Source: Lobosporangium transversale
Lineage: Eukaryota
Assembly (NCBI RefSeq): GCF_002105155.1
Contig: NW_019029000.1
Coordinates: forward strand, 434,001-498,000
Direction of reading: 5' to 3'
DNA length: 64,000 bases
The translations under genes were made by a program, and so were the position numbers. Position 1 is the first letter of the stretch; each line of letters opens with the position of its first letter. The notes beneath the pieces were generated by a model. That model was not told the DNA's origin and made no database searches. It saw nothing but the letters and a program-made list of their open reading frames with translations. Positions 31,275 to 45,004 of the stretch are shown piece after piece.

Positions 31275-34200
31275 TCAGCATTTGTGGCCATGATCAATAT
31301 TCTCCTCCATAGGCTCAGTTATAAGACTTGACTGACCAGGAAGTTCATTTATCACCTGCGATACAACATTACCGTCTTGCTGTAGCAGAATAGTCGCCTT
31401 CAAAGAATCATCAAAAACTAAATCCGAATCTACACTTAGTTGACGGATTTCGTGGGCGCAATTGTAATCATGAGAAGGAGAGCGAGTCCCTCCAGACTCT
31501 ACGATTGATTCAAGTTCGATTTTACTAGCCCCTTGTGGCGTTCTTCCCTCCAACGTGGCGCGCAGCTTGCTCTTATCATCTCTTTCTTCATGTGGTTGTC
31601 TGCGAGCACATGGTTCCTCTTGAGATGACGGTAGTGATGGTGAGGAAGATGTCCCTGCACGGATATCAGGAACACTACATCGTGATCCTATAGCCTCTGA
31701 CGCCATATCTGAAGGAGTTACCAAGGATGGACATATTACAGAGTCGATGGCAGAGTTAGATGTTCCAGAGTTAGTTGGGACAATTGATATACTGCGCACA
31801 GTGTGCTGACTTTCATTGCTGTCGCTGTCGCTGTCGCTGCCACTATCATTGCTGCCACCGTCGCTGTTACCATCATCGCTGTCCATGTCCATAACTCCAG
31901 GCGAACTAAAGCGACCTACGCGCAAAAAACTTGTTCTTCTCTGACTTTCCTCATCTTCATCGCTACTAATACCATAGTCATCTACAACACAATGGTCAAA
32001 GCATCCACGTTTCTTGCTACCACTTTGACTTGATTCGTACTCAATATCACCCAAGATGGCGCCTTCAAAGATATAGGTGTTTGGTTCAATAAGCGACCAA
32101 TAGGCACGGCCGCCTCTGCCCGACCCATCCGCGTTGGTGTTCATACCCATATTTGGTACATTTGAAGTCCCACCAGGTAACCTTTCATGTCGGAGCTCCC
32201 ATCCAGCCATCCTGCAGAGTTCTGCCACGATTGTATCACAGTTGCCCAAAAGTTGAACATCAAACTCCATATGAGTTATTGGGGTCCTGTTGATCAGGAT
32301 TTGTGGGATATTCTTCGGCAATTGATCTAAAAGGTCAATAAAAAGAAGCTTTAGACACATGTTCAGAATGAAGACAAAGTGGTTATGCCGATACGAGAGA
32401 GAGATAAAGGGCCATATTCTTACGCATGATGTCGCTCACAGGTGCAACCTTAAGACTACTTCCAATGACAATAAGCAAGTCAACTTCATTTCGGTCCTTT
32501 TCAAAGCAATCGTCAAATGCCGATGGTAGCCGCTCACCAAAGAACACAATATCAGGCTTCATCACAGCCGGTTCAGTGCCATCTCGATTCGAATCCTCGA
32601 TGTCGGTGCCTTGTTCTCTAGATGTTTCCGTTGAATTAAATCCATGGTTTGAGTTTGAGCTTGCGCAGTGTTTGCAGTATGCAACTTGTTGTTTCAGGAT
32701 TGCATCCTTGATTTCATCGCCAGGAACTTGAAATTTACATCGAATGCAACTGGCAGTTGCAAATGAGCCTTTTGAACAAATGGAGACAAATAATGAGCGT
32801 CATGTTGGATTGATAGAGCTGTATTTATGTGTCTGAAAAAGGCTAAGGAAGCTTACCATGGCATTGCAAAACATTTTGAATTCCTGCTTTTTGTTCCAAC
32901 GTATCAATGTTTTGTGTATAATTCCTTAGCAACCTTCCTTGGTCTTCTAGCAACTTGATAAAATTGTGAGAAGAACTTGGCGTAAAATTGCTAGGGAAAA
33001 TCTCTCTTGCAAACGAGTAAAAGACTTCAGGCTTCTCACTAAAGAACTCAAACTCAAACATCTGCGTTGGATCATCCAGTTCGAATTCTGAAAGTCTGGA
33101 ATATACACCATCAGGCGACCTAAAGTCAGGAATGCCACAGGACACTGAGACGCCAGCACCTGTGAGAATCATAATCTTTTGGGAATTTTTTAAGAGTTCT
33201 ATGACGTGCTCGAGAGTATGGACGTGCTGAAGCCTCTGACGATGCTTAAGCTCCCTTTCCATACGTTGCGAGAAGATGCACACAAGATCCGCTTCTGTTA
33301 GGCTGGCGGAAATCTTGAGCTTTAAGTGTAAAAAAAATAAAAAAAAAATAAAAAAGATCATATACAGAATATTAATCACCACTTTAACTTCTATGGACTA
33401 AAAGCACCAAGGCATAGAGATAGTACATGAGCACCATACGTCCCTCACCTCCTCAGGCGTGGTCATGAGCAGTAACTTCTTCACTGTATGGACCCCGGTC
33501 ATGATGTACTCCTGGATTATATACGCGATGCCTAAAGGATGCATTTTATTATTTAAATAATAGCTCTAGGTTAGGATCATAGTGTTCGAGGGATGTAAAT
33601 GTATTTGTTTCATGAACAGGCTTAGTTTATACATCAGGGAACAACATACCGAATTTCCTGGCTTCGTCCATAATTTGCATTTTTTCTTCTTCAGTGAGCC
33701 GATCGAGGCACAAGGGGTCAACATCATGATAGGGGACGTCCTCGAACAGCTTGTCATTAATGCTTGGCTCAATATTCTTCAGGTCAATGTTGCTGAAGCT
33801 GTCATCATCCTCACTCTCTGATGTGTCTACTCGAGCGAAATCCTCGTCTATAGTCGTATCAGCTCCTGGTTCATAATCATTATCTGCTTCTTCATCATAT
33901 TCTGAAGCCGAATCAGGGTAACCTCCTAGCATCTGAGCATCAAGTGAGCCCTCTATTTCCTCGCTGGCACTCATTGACCCAGTTAGGCTCCTGATATGTC
34001 TATAGTTTTGGCTGCTAGTGTGGTTGACATCACATTGTTGAGAGTTTTCTTCTTCCATATGCATTGGTGTTGGTTCCCTGGATTTTGTGTCGAGAAAAGC
34101 AAGGGACGGGCTGCTTTGACGGCTTGTCGTAATCACACCCATAGTTCGTTCGACTCCGACTGGCTTTGTAATCGCCTCACTAGCCCGCGAGCCCAAGCTA

Positions 34201-34814
34201 AGACTCTCAATTGCGGTCTCACTCGACTCAGTAATCGATGATTGAATACTGGGTTTGATCTCCTCGAGCGTTCTGGACCTGGTGAGGAAGGGGACTATAG
34301 GAATTCCTTTGATACCTGTAACACCTGAGTTTGTTGGGGGTGGCCGTTTATGACTACGTGTGTTCACAGATGATATTGAGGTTGATGGAGAAGTAGGCTC
34401 CAGTACTGGGGACGTTTGTGGTGAAAAAGGATCGTCCGCCATATCCTGTGAAGATCGATATGCTGTCAAGTTAGCTTGAGATAGAGGCAGCGAAGGCTTT
34501 GGCTTTTTGAATGGCGGAAAAGAACTCTCAGAGGATCCATCAACGTATTCCGGTATTTTTTGACTTGGATGGTGATCGGCACTATTTGATGATACATCTT
34601 GACTTTCACCCTCGGTCCTCTTTCTGTTAACGGGGGACTCTGGAGGCACGTTGATTAAAATCTGAGGTGAAGACGATGGCGAGGACGAAAGTGAGGAATG
34701 ATTAGGGTCCGTTATAATATGAAGCTGGGTATGCTTGTTGTCCTCAATTGGCCCCACCTGGCTACTGGGTATATCCGACGAAGGAAGGGCGGAGGATGTG
34801 TTTAATTGTGACAT
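31275..34814 (-). CDS. SIR2: NAD-dependent deacetylase, Sir2/SIRT1 (class Ia sirtuin); exons approx. 34814-33650, 33531-~33440, 33319-32857, 32768-32424, 32326-31275
   Basis: [76 protein letters not shown]; long disordered termini. Confidence 0.93.
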
Positions 34815-36969
34815 ATCTGCAAAAATTGGCCTGCTAAGACAGCAAGAAGAAAAGTTTCAAGTGAGGAAGCAATGATGGTCCCTCCAATCACTGTTCAAAA
34901 TGCCTCTTTGTCCTCAATGCCAATTCAAGTGGGATGAGTTTGAAAGTGGGGCTCTCTTCAAGATAGGCTACTGGATTGCTAGTCACTGAAACAAAAACAA
35001 AAGAGGTACACATTTTACTATTTTACTATAAAAGGACCCGCATTTCTTCTTTATCTTTTCTCCTTTTTGCTTTCCTCAAACCCCTTTTCATGCATTTAAA
35101 TTCAAACACTTTTGCCGCTCAGATCAACACAAGATCGAGGCTTTGGATTTAAATTGAATCAAATTGAATTGATTTCCAATTTGCATGAGCTTATTCCCAT
35201 AAAGATCAAGATCCTTTATCTAACTTAGTTGTAAGTCATTGACACTCTTTGTCTTTATTTGTCTATTTCAATCATTGCTCTCTCCATTTGTCTATGTCTC
35301 AACATGATGATCTACGCAAGCTACTTTAAACCCAGCTCAATTCGAGTTATAATGAGATTAAGCGTTTCTACACTGAAAAAGAGACATTGCACAAAGGAAT
35401 TTTTGAAGAAGTCTTTTTTCGCGACAGATTTTGTTAGGAATATGACAGACACTAACTGTCAGTTCTTTTTCAACTGTGCTCTAGATTTATTCACTATGAT
35501 TCATGTCAGTTGGCACGATTCTGAGTATGCCTCACTCAAATTTAAGAAGACATATTACTATTTGTTGATTACATGAAGCGAGCTCAAAATTTACCCACTT
35601 CAGGACGCGTTTGCTGCACACGAAATGTGAATAACTGGTCCAATTTTCATTTGAATTCTTAATATCTGACCCTGCACTTAATTAACGGGCTGTACTTGAT
35701 TCAATGGTTGTTCCTTTATCCAGGGACACTGCTTTTTTGCATCCTTTGTTGACGATGTTACTCTCGAGTGACATTGGATATGCCATGGCCAGCCATGACA
35801 TCTTGGTACATGTCGGTCATACGTCTGACTTATTGTCTTTACGGATAACACCTTTTTTGAAATAGAATATTCATTTAAAATTACATTACAATAAAGATTT
35901 CCCGCCTATCTGTTTTTAAAGTTAATCAGAAATTCAGGGGCAAAAGATTAGGTAGAAAGGATACAGGAGACGGAAATAAACAGAATTTACAAATTTTTTG
36001 TGGGAGTGCCGGCACCCAAATACTTGTGTCTAGCGTCGTGCGCGCTTTGCAGCCGGAGCAGGCAACTCTTCCGTGGGTTTGTATATACTTTGTAGGTCTC
36101 TCTTGCCTCTCAATTTGAGCAAGACCGATTCTTGCGATGGAAACAAAAAAAAAACGCCGCGATGTAAAATGTGTGCAGAAACCGAAGAGACGCTTCAGCT
36201 GTTTATTCAATAGCCTGATGCGCGTTCGTGTACACACAACTGATAGTGATTGATGAACAAAAAGGAAACAAGATTAGCAAAAAAACCTCGCAGGTGTGCC
36301 TGTATGTCTTTTAAGCTTTCTGTCTGGCCGTTTAACACAAGGAACCCCTAGAAAAAAAATACCTCGCATGGTTGGTGCCAGTTCTGAAAACGACAATAAT
36401 GCAATGCCGTGCATGGAAGATAGGGCCTTGACACTTGACCATTGTTATGCGGACTCACCGAAATCAACTTGTGATCACAATGCTGCTCATACTCTGTTGC
36501 CAAGGACTTGAAAAGGGATACAAACCCCTTCTTCCTTGCTCTCATAATCATTCACATCCTCTCAATACTTTCTTTCGTCATAAATGTCCATTACATCTAA
36601 ATCACACACAAGCATTCCACCATTCACTCCAACATAGATATATGTATCACCTTGGGTATGATATGTTGTTGTTGTTCCCTCTGGTCTCAACAGGCCCAAT
36701 GATGTGACAAATCAAGTCTCGCCGAGTTGTACAGGAAAAGATCAAGTTAGTCAAGCTCCGTGGTGCGGTAGATTGAATCAACTCAGATTGCCCTCCTTTC
36801 AAGCCGATACTACGGTGGCGAATATTATCACTTCTATTACACGAGTCAATAAATAAACGATACAATGGACTCCCAAGTGGATGCCAGGGTCATGCGAAAG
36901 CCTCCATGTTTTTTTATTTGCATAAATAATGAAGCCAGGATAGCCCCATGACAGTTTAATTTTTGGTCA

Positions 36970-36991
36970 TTTATTTCGACGTCGAAATAAA
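36970..36991. promoter_or_regulatory. Perfect 22-bp palindrome TTTATTTCGACGTCGAAATAAA about 260 bp upstream of NDUFS7
   Basis: Self-complementary by inspection; function unknown. Confidence 0.4.
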
Positions 36992-37250
36992 ATTTCGAGA
37001 CAATACCCATGGATTGCTGGACAAGCCCATTTATAATGGTAAATTGCCCTTATTACAAACGAAGAAGTTAGTTCTATGAGGGGAATGATTATTTCCACGC
37101 ATATATGACGTAGACGCTAAAACAACCCGCAAAAATTTACCCTTCGGATGATCTGACAGCATTCGGATTTCGGGTTTTTTTAATCATCTGATCGCACTTC
37201 TTCCTCTTCTGCCTTTTTTTTAAATAAACACTCACACATCGACCATCACC

Positions 37251-38380
37251 ATGCTCTCTACAGTCGGGCTACGCATGTCGGGTGCAGGTACATTACCCTC
37301 TCTATGTATCTATAGACATACCTCTTATTACTTAAGAGATTCGTACTCGCTTTTTTCTCATTTCTCGGAAATTACCCTCCATTTTCGAAAACATTGATGC
37401 CTTCCTATACTCGGACACCATTATTTTTGCAATTTAATGTTCTATTCTCATGCTGAATCTAACCATGATCATTCCTTTACAAAATATTGTTAATTACAGC
37501 TGCTCGCAATGCTATGAAACCTGTGGTTACTCAGCAGGTTCGCCACTTCGGATTGATTTCAGACAAGGAGGAGAAAGGTTTGTAAAATGAATAAGAAAAA
37601 ATATGGGAAGTCTCCTGGTCATGATTTCTTCATATCCTCACCTGTGCGTTTTGAGTAATCGTCTCCTAAACTTTTCTTCCCTTTATCTAGCAAATACGCC
37701 AGCACAAAACCGCACTATGTCAACAGCCATCACAAAGTCATACCCTGGACCCCTTCACCAGCCCGCCAACGCAGTCGGTACGCATTCCAATACGAAAATA
37801 TTGTTTGATATGTCTAGCAAAGCGAGTGGAAATGCACCAATAGGATTTACAACAATGGAAGACGTTAGCCAAATGTACTGATTAGGCGATATTTATTATT
37901 ACCATTTTTGTATTTACAGAATACGCACTCTCGACCGTTGACAAGATCATCAACTGGGGTCGTGAGGGATCGATCTGGCCCATGACTTTCGGTTTGGCCT
38001 GCTGTGCCGTCGAGATGATGCACATGGCTGCTGGACGCTACGATCAGGACCGTTTAGGTATTGTGTTCCGTGCCTCTCCTCGTCAGTCGGATGTCATGAT
38101 TGTCGCTGGAACATTGACCAACAAGATGGCTCCGGCTTTGCGCAAGGTATACGACCAGATGCCTGAACCACGCTGGGTGATTTCGATGGGTTCATGTGCT
38201 AATGGAGGTGGATACTACCATTACTCGTACTCTGTAGTCCGTGGGTGCGACCGCATTGTTCCTGTCGATATTTATGTCCCCGGATGCCCACCTACCTCCG
38301 AGGCATTGTTGTACGGAGTACTCCAACTTCAAAAGAAGATGCGCAGAAGTCGCGTTACTACTATGTGGTACAGAAAGTAG
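37251..38380 (+). CDS. NDUFS7: NADH:ubiquinone oxidoreductase PSST/20-kDa Fe-S subunit with mitochondrial presequence; exons 37251-37287, 37500-37577, 37691-37777, 37920-38380 (220 aa)
   Basis: [53 protein letters not shown]; exon phases add up to an intact frame. Confidence 0.96.
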
Positions 38381-39436
38381 AAAAATCGAGGAAATACCTG
38401 GTCTTTTTTTTATTTCAAACCTATACATATAGCTCTCCTCACATTCCTTTTTCACCTTCATGATATCTTCATTAAAATTTTTTATTTCATGTATTGGTAT
38501 CAAAAGTATGAATATCATGTGGGCTAGTTAGACTTTGATTTAATACTTCCAAGCCACGATTCATGAAGTCAAACAGCATTTGATCTATTTTTTATCTGAA
38601 CTCTGCTCATACATTCTGTACGCTTTGGATTTCAGAATATAAATATCTTGACCACCTCTTTAATGATCACTTGTACTATCATCGAAAGAGCATGTTACAC
38701 TTAATAAGCAGGGGGTGTGGCATTCTTTGTGGGACTACCGAACTATCTCTATTTAGTGGTCGGCAGCTAGGCTCGTAACCAGCCTACGTGGCATCTGTAC
38801 ACTAACGCTCACTGACAGACTAGATCCAAACTCAAGATTTTACTTGTACAAACCGCTGGGGAATGACGTTTTTTAAGTATTGAAATCTTGAGGTTTGACC
38901 GAGCCTAGTCGGCAGCAGCTTCATCAAGAGTGTGTTCTGTGCTAAGCAGGCGCCTGGTATTGAGCCGCCACTAAATATTCTGATCTTATGAATAAGGTGG
39001 AAGTGCACTCCCTAAACTTCAGGACGCAACAGCCTTCATAACCCCATTGAAAGATTCATCCTTATTTGGTCGTACAATGACATCAAAGGCTCTTCCTGCC
39101 CTGATAAGACTTGTTCTGCGGCTCCTAAACTACAAAATGGGGAATTCAAACTGACTACTTTTCTTCCAGCCACTTTTGGGGATGCCTTGGCCTCTACTTT
39201 GCCTTTGCTGTTCTGTTCAGAGCCTCCCTTCTGTGCTTGGACGCGTATACTGCTAAGCAAGTCAACAAATTGCTCTCTCTGTCGGAACAGGCCATGAAGC
39301 CCGTGGCTTGATGAGTGATATGAGATTTAGCCAATTCAGGCCCGTGCGATGCTATCAGAAGCGTTCCGTATAGACATAAGAACGCATATGAGCAGGAATA
39401 GGCGCATCTTGCTGCCTCGAATAATGCTGAAGGTGC

Positions 39437-39468
<32 letters not shown>

Positions 39469-42289
39469 TAGTAACAGTAATAATAATAAATAAATAAATA
39501 AATAGATGTGGTCTACGAGGAGCCGTATTGATGATGATCGTTACCCACGATGCCATGCGGTTTCGCTAGTCCCCCGCATGCTGACTAAATTCGCCTAAAA
39601 AGCAGTGGAACTTCTTTCTTTATGGTCTTGAGTAGAATTATGACGAATAAATATACCCCACACTAATTGGACCCTCAGCTCATGGCATACCTAAGCTATT
39701 TTGCTTGAAAATAGGTTGATGAATAAAGTTTGTTTTCTATCTAATTTTGAATAAAAGATTGATGGATGTTGCCTTCCGGTAGAATACTACGTCCCCGCCT
39801 AAGAATCAAGCGCCAGGCGTGGATCAATGCAAAGCTTGTATTGAACTTTATGCTAAAAACAAAATTGTGTATTATAAAAAAAAAACACTTTTTTGCCGCC
39901 ATGAATATACGCTTTTATGTTGGTACTGTATATTGGTATGTACCTGTAGAAGCAGGGCCAATCCAAGGATATCACCCGCATTATGGAGGAAGTCTTTTAT
40001 GAAGATATGGTGGCTGGTGGCAGTATCGATTCCATATCTCGCAGGCTTCGAACGATGGAATGATCCAGTGTAGCATCTATAGATTGTTCATGTAGCTTAA
40101 ATATACAACAGAATATTAAAAAGAAAAGAAAAATTCGGACTCTATCGCCTAGTTCACTTAGTTTATCTCTTGGACCACAAAACGGGCAAATTCGCCCATT
40201 TAACTTTCATCAATTCATGCGCAGGCCAGGTCCAGTTTTCTGTGCTTTCTACTAACAGAAAACAACCGTTTATTGCATGCCAAGGAAGAAAATATCAACC
40301 AGTTAAAACTAATCAGCTAAAAAAAATCGGCGTAAATCAGTCTTCTCTCACCCTTCAGTACCAAAAATGTTCAATTACAATTCCTTAGATGGCAAAGGCA
40401 TATAGACTCCAATGTGGGTGATTTTTGGGTTCATATGTTCGGTGATCGCGTGGTTCAAAGTAATTACGCACTTTGCCAATCCCATGAGGAACCGGCATTG
40501 AACTTTTTTTAGAGTCTGAATATCAGGTTGGGAGACTGCAGGCTGAGGTGGACGGCGAAGTATGAGTAGTCCTTTGACGAGCAATCGAGTCATTGAAAGT
40601 ATCGGAGCTCGCTAACGGGATTGTGAAGGAAGCCCATAGATGGACAAATCTAGCAGCGAACCATAGTTTCCAAGCATTTACGTGGCTCCTAGGCACTGCG
40701 CCTTCAGCTTCATTGTCATTGAAGCAAACATTGGTCTGTCTCATATCAACCTACGGACTCTGAACCCTGACCATGAAAATGACGCGACCTATCTGAAAAA
40801 CACGTTAGCACCATGTTAGGACGCGTGCTTTGGGTCACTTCCTTATACAAACTCTAAATGGACAACGACATTAAATGACGAAGGATACACGCATTTTAGT
40901 TCCTGACTATTCTGTTACAACGAGAATTGACCCGCAAACTTGCACTGTGGTCCTGTTGGGAGGCAAAACTGTTGCCATCAACGGAAGCTACTAGATATGA
41001 GATGACTTGACAAAGTTAGGGAAGTTGAAATATTCATTGTATTATGACCAAGTTACAGCCTCAAATCCTGTTTGCAGTATTGGCATTTTTGTTCAGGGAC
41101 GCTCTCTGGAACTTTATCATATGATTTTAAAGTCTATAGTCTCGCATTATCCATATTCACAAAAAAAAAAAAAAAAAGGGCCGGGCGAAACAGTAACAGA
41201 AAGACGTCAAAGCGCGTTTTATGGCTTCACATCTCGTTCGGTGTCTAATGAAGTTGACAACCTGGAATTACTAGTACTATACTACAATCCGTTTGGGCTT
41301 AAAGTAGCTACTCAACCTGATGAAGAGAGTTCGATACCTTTGGCTTTTTTGATATGAAAAAGTACGACAAGCTAAAAAAAAAAAAAAAAAAAAAAAAAGT
41401 TCTTAGATAATAAATGCACTCCTCCAGTCACTAGGAACACGGCGAACAACAGAAGGAAGCGACAAAGTATTTAATAAGTAGAAAGCCTATAACCGATACA
41501 AACTAAAGTGGTAGTACAGGGAGAACCCACAGTTATTAATAGGGTAATCAACCACGGCATAAATTAGCGTGGTGTGGGTACGAGAACAGGAAAATCGGGA
41601 GTGAAACGTTGTATACATCGCATCTGCACAAGTTAACCAGTAGAACTGAGCTCTTGCACAGATCGAACGCTGAAGGCGCCTAAAAAAGAAGCTAAAGCGG
41701 CGGTACCCCAGTTTTTAGTCTTCCTACTTTAAGTCTACCTTCAGTTCTACCTTCTCTCGCTCAGTTCCTACATTTCTCTCCCGATCCCTACTTTTGCTCT
41801 CTTTTCAGCAGAGCGTGAGTGCATTTCAGTGCAAAGACTGAACTGAGAAGTTTAACCGCAACACCAATCTCAAAAATCATCGGCCAGAATATCATTCATG
41901 AACACGTAATGTGAAGTCCACAAGTTAGCATCGAGGCCAACTTAAGACGCCAGCAGCCGCAGAGAGGTTGAAAAGCCTTTTAACAAAATCACCTTATTCC
42001 AGTATATTCGATCTGGGATCTTTTCAAGACTGAATAAATTGCTTTGTGGCTTCATGAATGAAGACAGACTGGACTTTTGAATCACAACTGAGGATTGAAT
42101 ATGCCAAGCTGCTAAGCAGCTGTATCCTACTTGACATGCCTACAAGTCTGCCATCAGGACGGATGAGTATAGTGCGTTTTACTTAGTAGCAACAATAAAC
42201 CTTATTTATGAGCATTTTGATCTGGTCGCAGTCACATTGTTTACAGAGTGCTAATGGGACTAGATTTCAGTCCATTCACTCTTCTTACA

Positions 42290-42832
42290 GGCGAAACATA
42301 CTCCATGAACTACTCTGAAGACTACTATATAAAAGAATTGCGAGGAAAGCCAAAGGGATTAGACGGGTTCTTATAGAAAGGAAACTTTGGAGAAAGGATC
42401 TTAAGATGATATGTGCGAGCTGCAAGATTCGTAATTATTCTAATAATCAAAGCTCATGTTGTTGTACACGCATTTTGGAGCTACAAGAGGATTTTATGGC
42501 ACAGCGATCACTTCTAGAGGAGATTGCAGGCAAACATGAGCAGCAAATCATTTTCTATCCAAAGTACCACTGCGAACTGAACTTCATCGAGATGTTCTGG
42601 GGTGCAAGCAAGCGCTATACTAGAGCAAACTGTGATTATACTTTCAAAGGTCTGCAAGAAACAATACCAAAGGCATTGGCTTCTGTAACTATACTTAGTA
42701 TTCGAAAGTATGTAAGGAGGAGTTTCCGATACATGGACGCATATAGGAAGAATATGTCTGGCCACGTTGCAAGTGAAAAAATATAAATCTCATAGGCGCA
42801 TTCCAGCCAATTGGGATTTGAGGACAGAATAG
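42290..42832 (+). mobile_element. Degenerate DDE transposase fragment, IS630/Tc1/mariner-like, C-terminal part only, two frameshifts
   Basis: ELRGKP/KGIRRVLIER, CCCTRILELQEDF...SLLEE, FYPKYHCELNFIEMFWGASKRY, RRSFRYMDAYR, then VKKYKSHRRIP in another frame. Frameshifts near 42352 and 42772. No terminal inverted repeats recognised. Confidence 0.8.
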
Positions 42833-43838
42833 ACTACCCTTAATATCGTTATGATGTCATCTCAGTTAAAGTTTCAGTTAATCATAATTTAAGATTTTTT
42901 GGTGCAATTTTTCCCTCACATAGTAAAATAGTCCATCTTTTTTCTTTATGAACTTGGAAAGAAAAAGTCATACCGATAAAAACCCATCGTAACTTTGTAG
43001 AGAATTGGCAAACGAATAACATTACGATGAGTTTCCTTGTCTAGCTTTCATGGAGAGTGAGAACATACATTTCCCTCGTGGCCTATTATTTTCCCTAAAA
43101 AAGTGTGTGACTAGGAGGAATACACTGTACTGAGGGACAAAACAAACCGATGTCCGTAAAGTATTCGCTCTTAAAGATTGGCAAAGCCATTCACACATCA
43201 CTTACCATTAAGAGCCAAAAATCCTTTATGATGATGTTTGACCATTAATCATGACTGTAGGTGATGGCGACTGGTTGACTATCGGCATACGATCATTCAA
43301 TGCGTTTATTAGTTCTTCCATCTATCTAGATTACAAAGAATCACCCTCAGTTAGCAGCTCCACAACATCATTTACGATTTTCGAAATGGCAGCAATCAGG
43401 ATTTTCTCTCGAACAGGGTTTCAGGGTTACATTGCCCAAGACTATCCAGAATGTGGTTGGTTTCAGTTTATTTGGTTTGGTCAACTCAAAAGCATTTTGA
43501 TTAGTGGAGGAATGAATGGACACCAGAAGAGTAAAGCCTTGTGATACAAGGTCAGTACAGTTTTAGAGGCATCTTCATCTTTCATAATAGTTTTAATATT
43601 TCTGATATTCACCCATATGGAAAGAACCACTTTAGACATCTACTTATTTGCTGGCTACGCTGCCTGATGACTACGATTTGGACTCTTCTGAAGGTATAGG
43701 GTGTATGATCGGGAATGTAAAAAAATATACCATGAATAGTGTGTACTGGTGTTGAAAGGATCTACATGACGTAAAAGATTTTGAGGAAGCGTCCTAACAG
43801 GAGAATAATCAGGTGTGAGACTACTTTCGTTTCCGATG

Positions 43839-43891
43839 AGAAACAGAAACGCTAGAAACAGAAACGCTAGAAACAGAAACGCTAGAAACAG
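43839..43891. repeat. Perfect 15-bp tandem repeat AGAAACAGAAACGCT x3.5, just upstream of a TATAAA (43919-43924) before the SDR gene
   Basis: Directly visible. Confidence 0.9.
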
Positions 43892-44059
43892 CGATGCTGC
43901 TCAAGTAGGGGCAATGATTATAAATATTTCACTCTCTTACAACTCACAGTGGCTTTCTTCCTCCTGAATAAACAAAATAGCTTGACAAAATTCTCATTTC
44001 ATACAAGCCCTTTCACCAAAGTCCTCAATAAAAAAAAGAAAGAAAGAAAGAAAAAAAAA

Positions 44060-44812
44060 ATGTCTGGATCCCGCCGAGTTGCTATTATTACTGGATCATC
44101 TCGTGGTATAGGTCGTGCCATTGCACTCCGTCTTGCCAAGGACGGATATAACACAGTCATCAATTACCAATCCAACGCTGCAAAAGCTCAAGAAGTGGTC
44201 AATACCATCCACTCAACTTATCCATCAGTCAAAGCTATTGCAGTCAAGGGTGATGTTGGATATTTGGAAGACGGTCATAAGATAATTGGTGAAACCCTCA
44301 AGGCTTTTGGCCGGATCGACGCCGTGATCTTTAATGCAGCGTGGATCGTTTATGAATCCATTCACGAAGTTACTGAGGAATCCTACGAAAAAGCTTTCCG
44401 AACTAATGTCAAAGCACCCATGTTCTTCACCAAGCAATTGATCCCTCATCTTAAGGCTGGAGCACGCCTGATCTTTGTCTCCTCGAATCTCACCTCGGCC
44501 TCTATTGTAACGCCAACCTTCTTCCTATATTGCGCAACTAAGGGAGCGGTCGAACAAATGACTAGGACATTGGCTAAGGATTTGGGTAGCAATGGTATAA
44601 CCGTCAACTGTGTCAATCCTGGTCCCACAGATACTGAGGGGTTCCGAGACGGTAATTCGGAAGCAAGTATAAAGTTCTTAGAAGGTGCGACCCCATTGGG
44701 ACGCTTGGGACGCCCTGAAGATATCGCCAATACAGTCTCGTTCCTATGCAGTGAAGGAGCGGCATGGGTCAATGGACAAATTATGCGCTTTGATGGAGGC
44801 ATGACTGTATAG
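44060..44812 (+). CDS. Classical short-chain dehydrogenase/reductase (FabG/THN-reductase-like), intronless, 250 aa
   Basis: VAIITGSSRGIG, FNAA, catalytic YCATK, VNCVNPGPTDT, PLGRLGRPEDIA, VNGQIMRFDGG. Confidence 0.93.
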   Translation: MSGSRRVAIITGSSRGIGRAIALRLAKDGYNTVINYQSNAAKAQEVVNTIHSTYPSVKAIAVKGDVGYLEDGHKIIGETLKAFGRIDAVIFNAAWIVYESIHEVTEESYEKAFRTNVKAPMFFTKQLIPHLKAGARLIFVSSNLTSASIVTPTFFLYCATKGAVEQMTRTLAKDLGSNGITVNCVNPGPTDTEGFRDGNSEASIKFLEGATPLGRLGRPEDIANTVSFLCSEGAAWVNGQIMRFDGGMTV

Positions 44813-45004
44813 AAGAAGTTCCTGTTTTTCTTAAACAAGCTTGGTGGCGTGGCACCAATTTTTTTTTTTTAAAAAAAAGGGTGTTGATTTTATTCTATTC
44901 TTTCTTCCCTCTCTTCATGTCAACTCTTTGATATCATATTCCACACGTCTTTAATTTCCATTCGAAAGCATTAATAAAAATAAAATAAAGGAAACCCACC
45001 CACA

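Noticed and set aside
36296..36900. Short ORFs and splice-like signals between Sir2 and NDUFS7
   Set aside because: No consistent multi-exon frame or recognisable motif could be assembled.
43839..43891. Short direct repeats as a possible CRISPR-like array (also 689-750 and 4396-4453)
   Set aside because: Head-to-tail repeats with no spacers, eukaryotic context, no cas genes.
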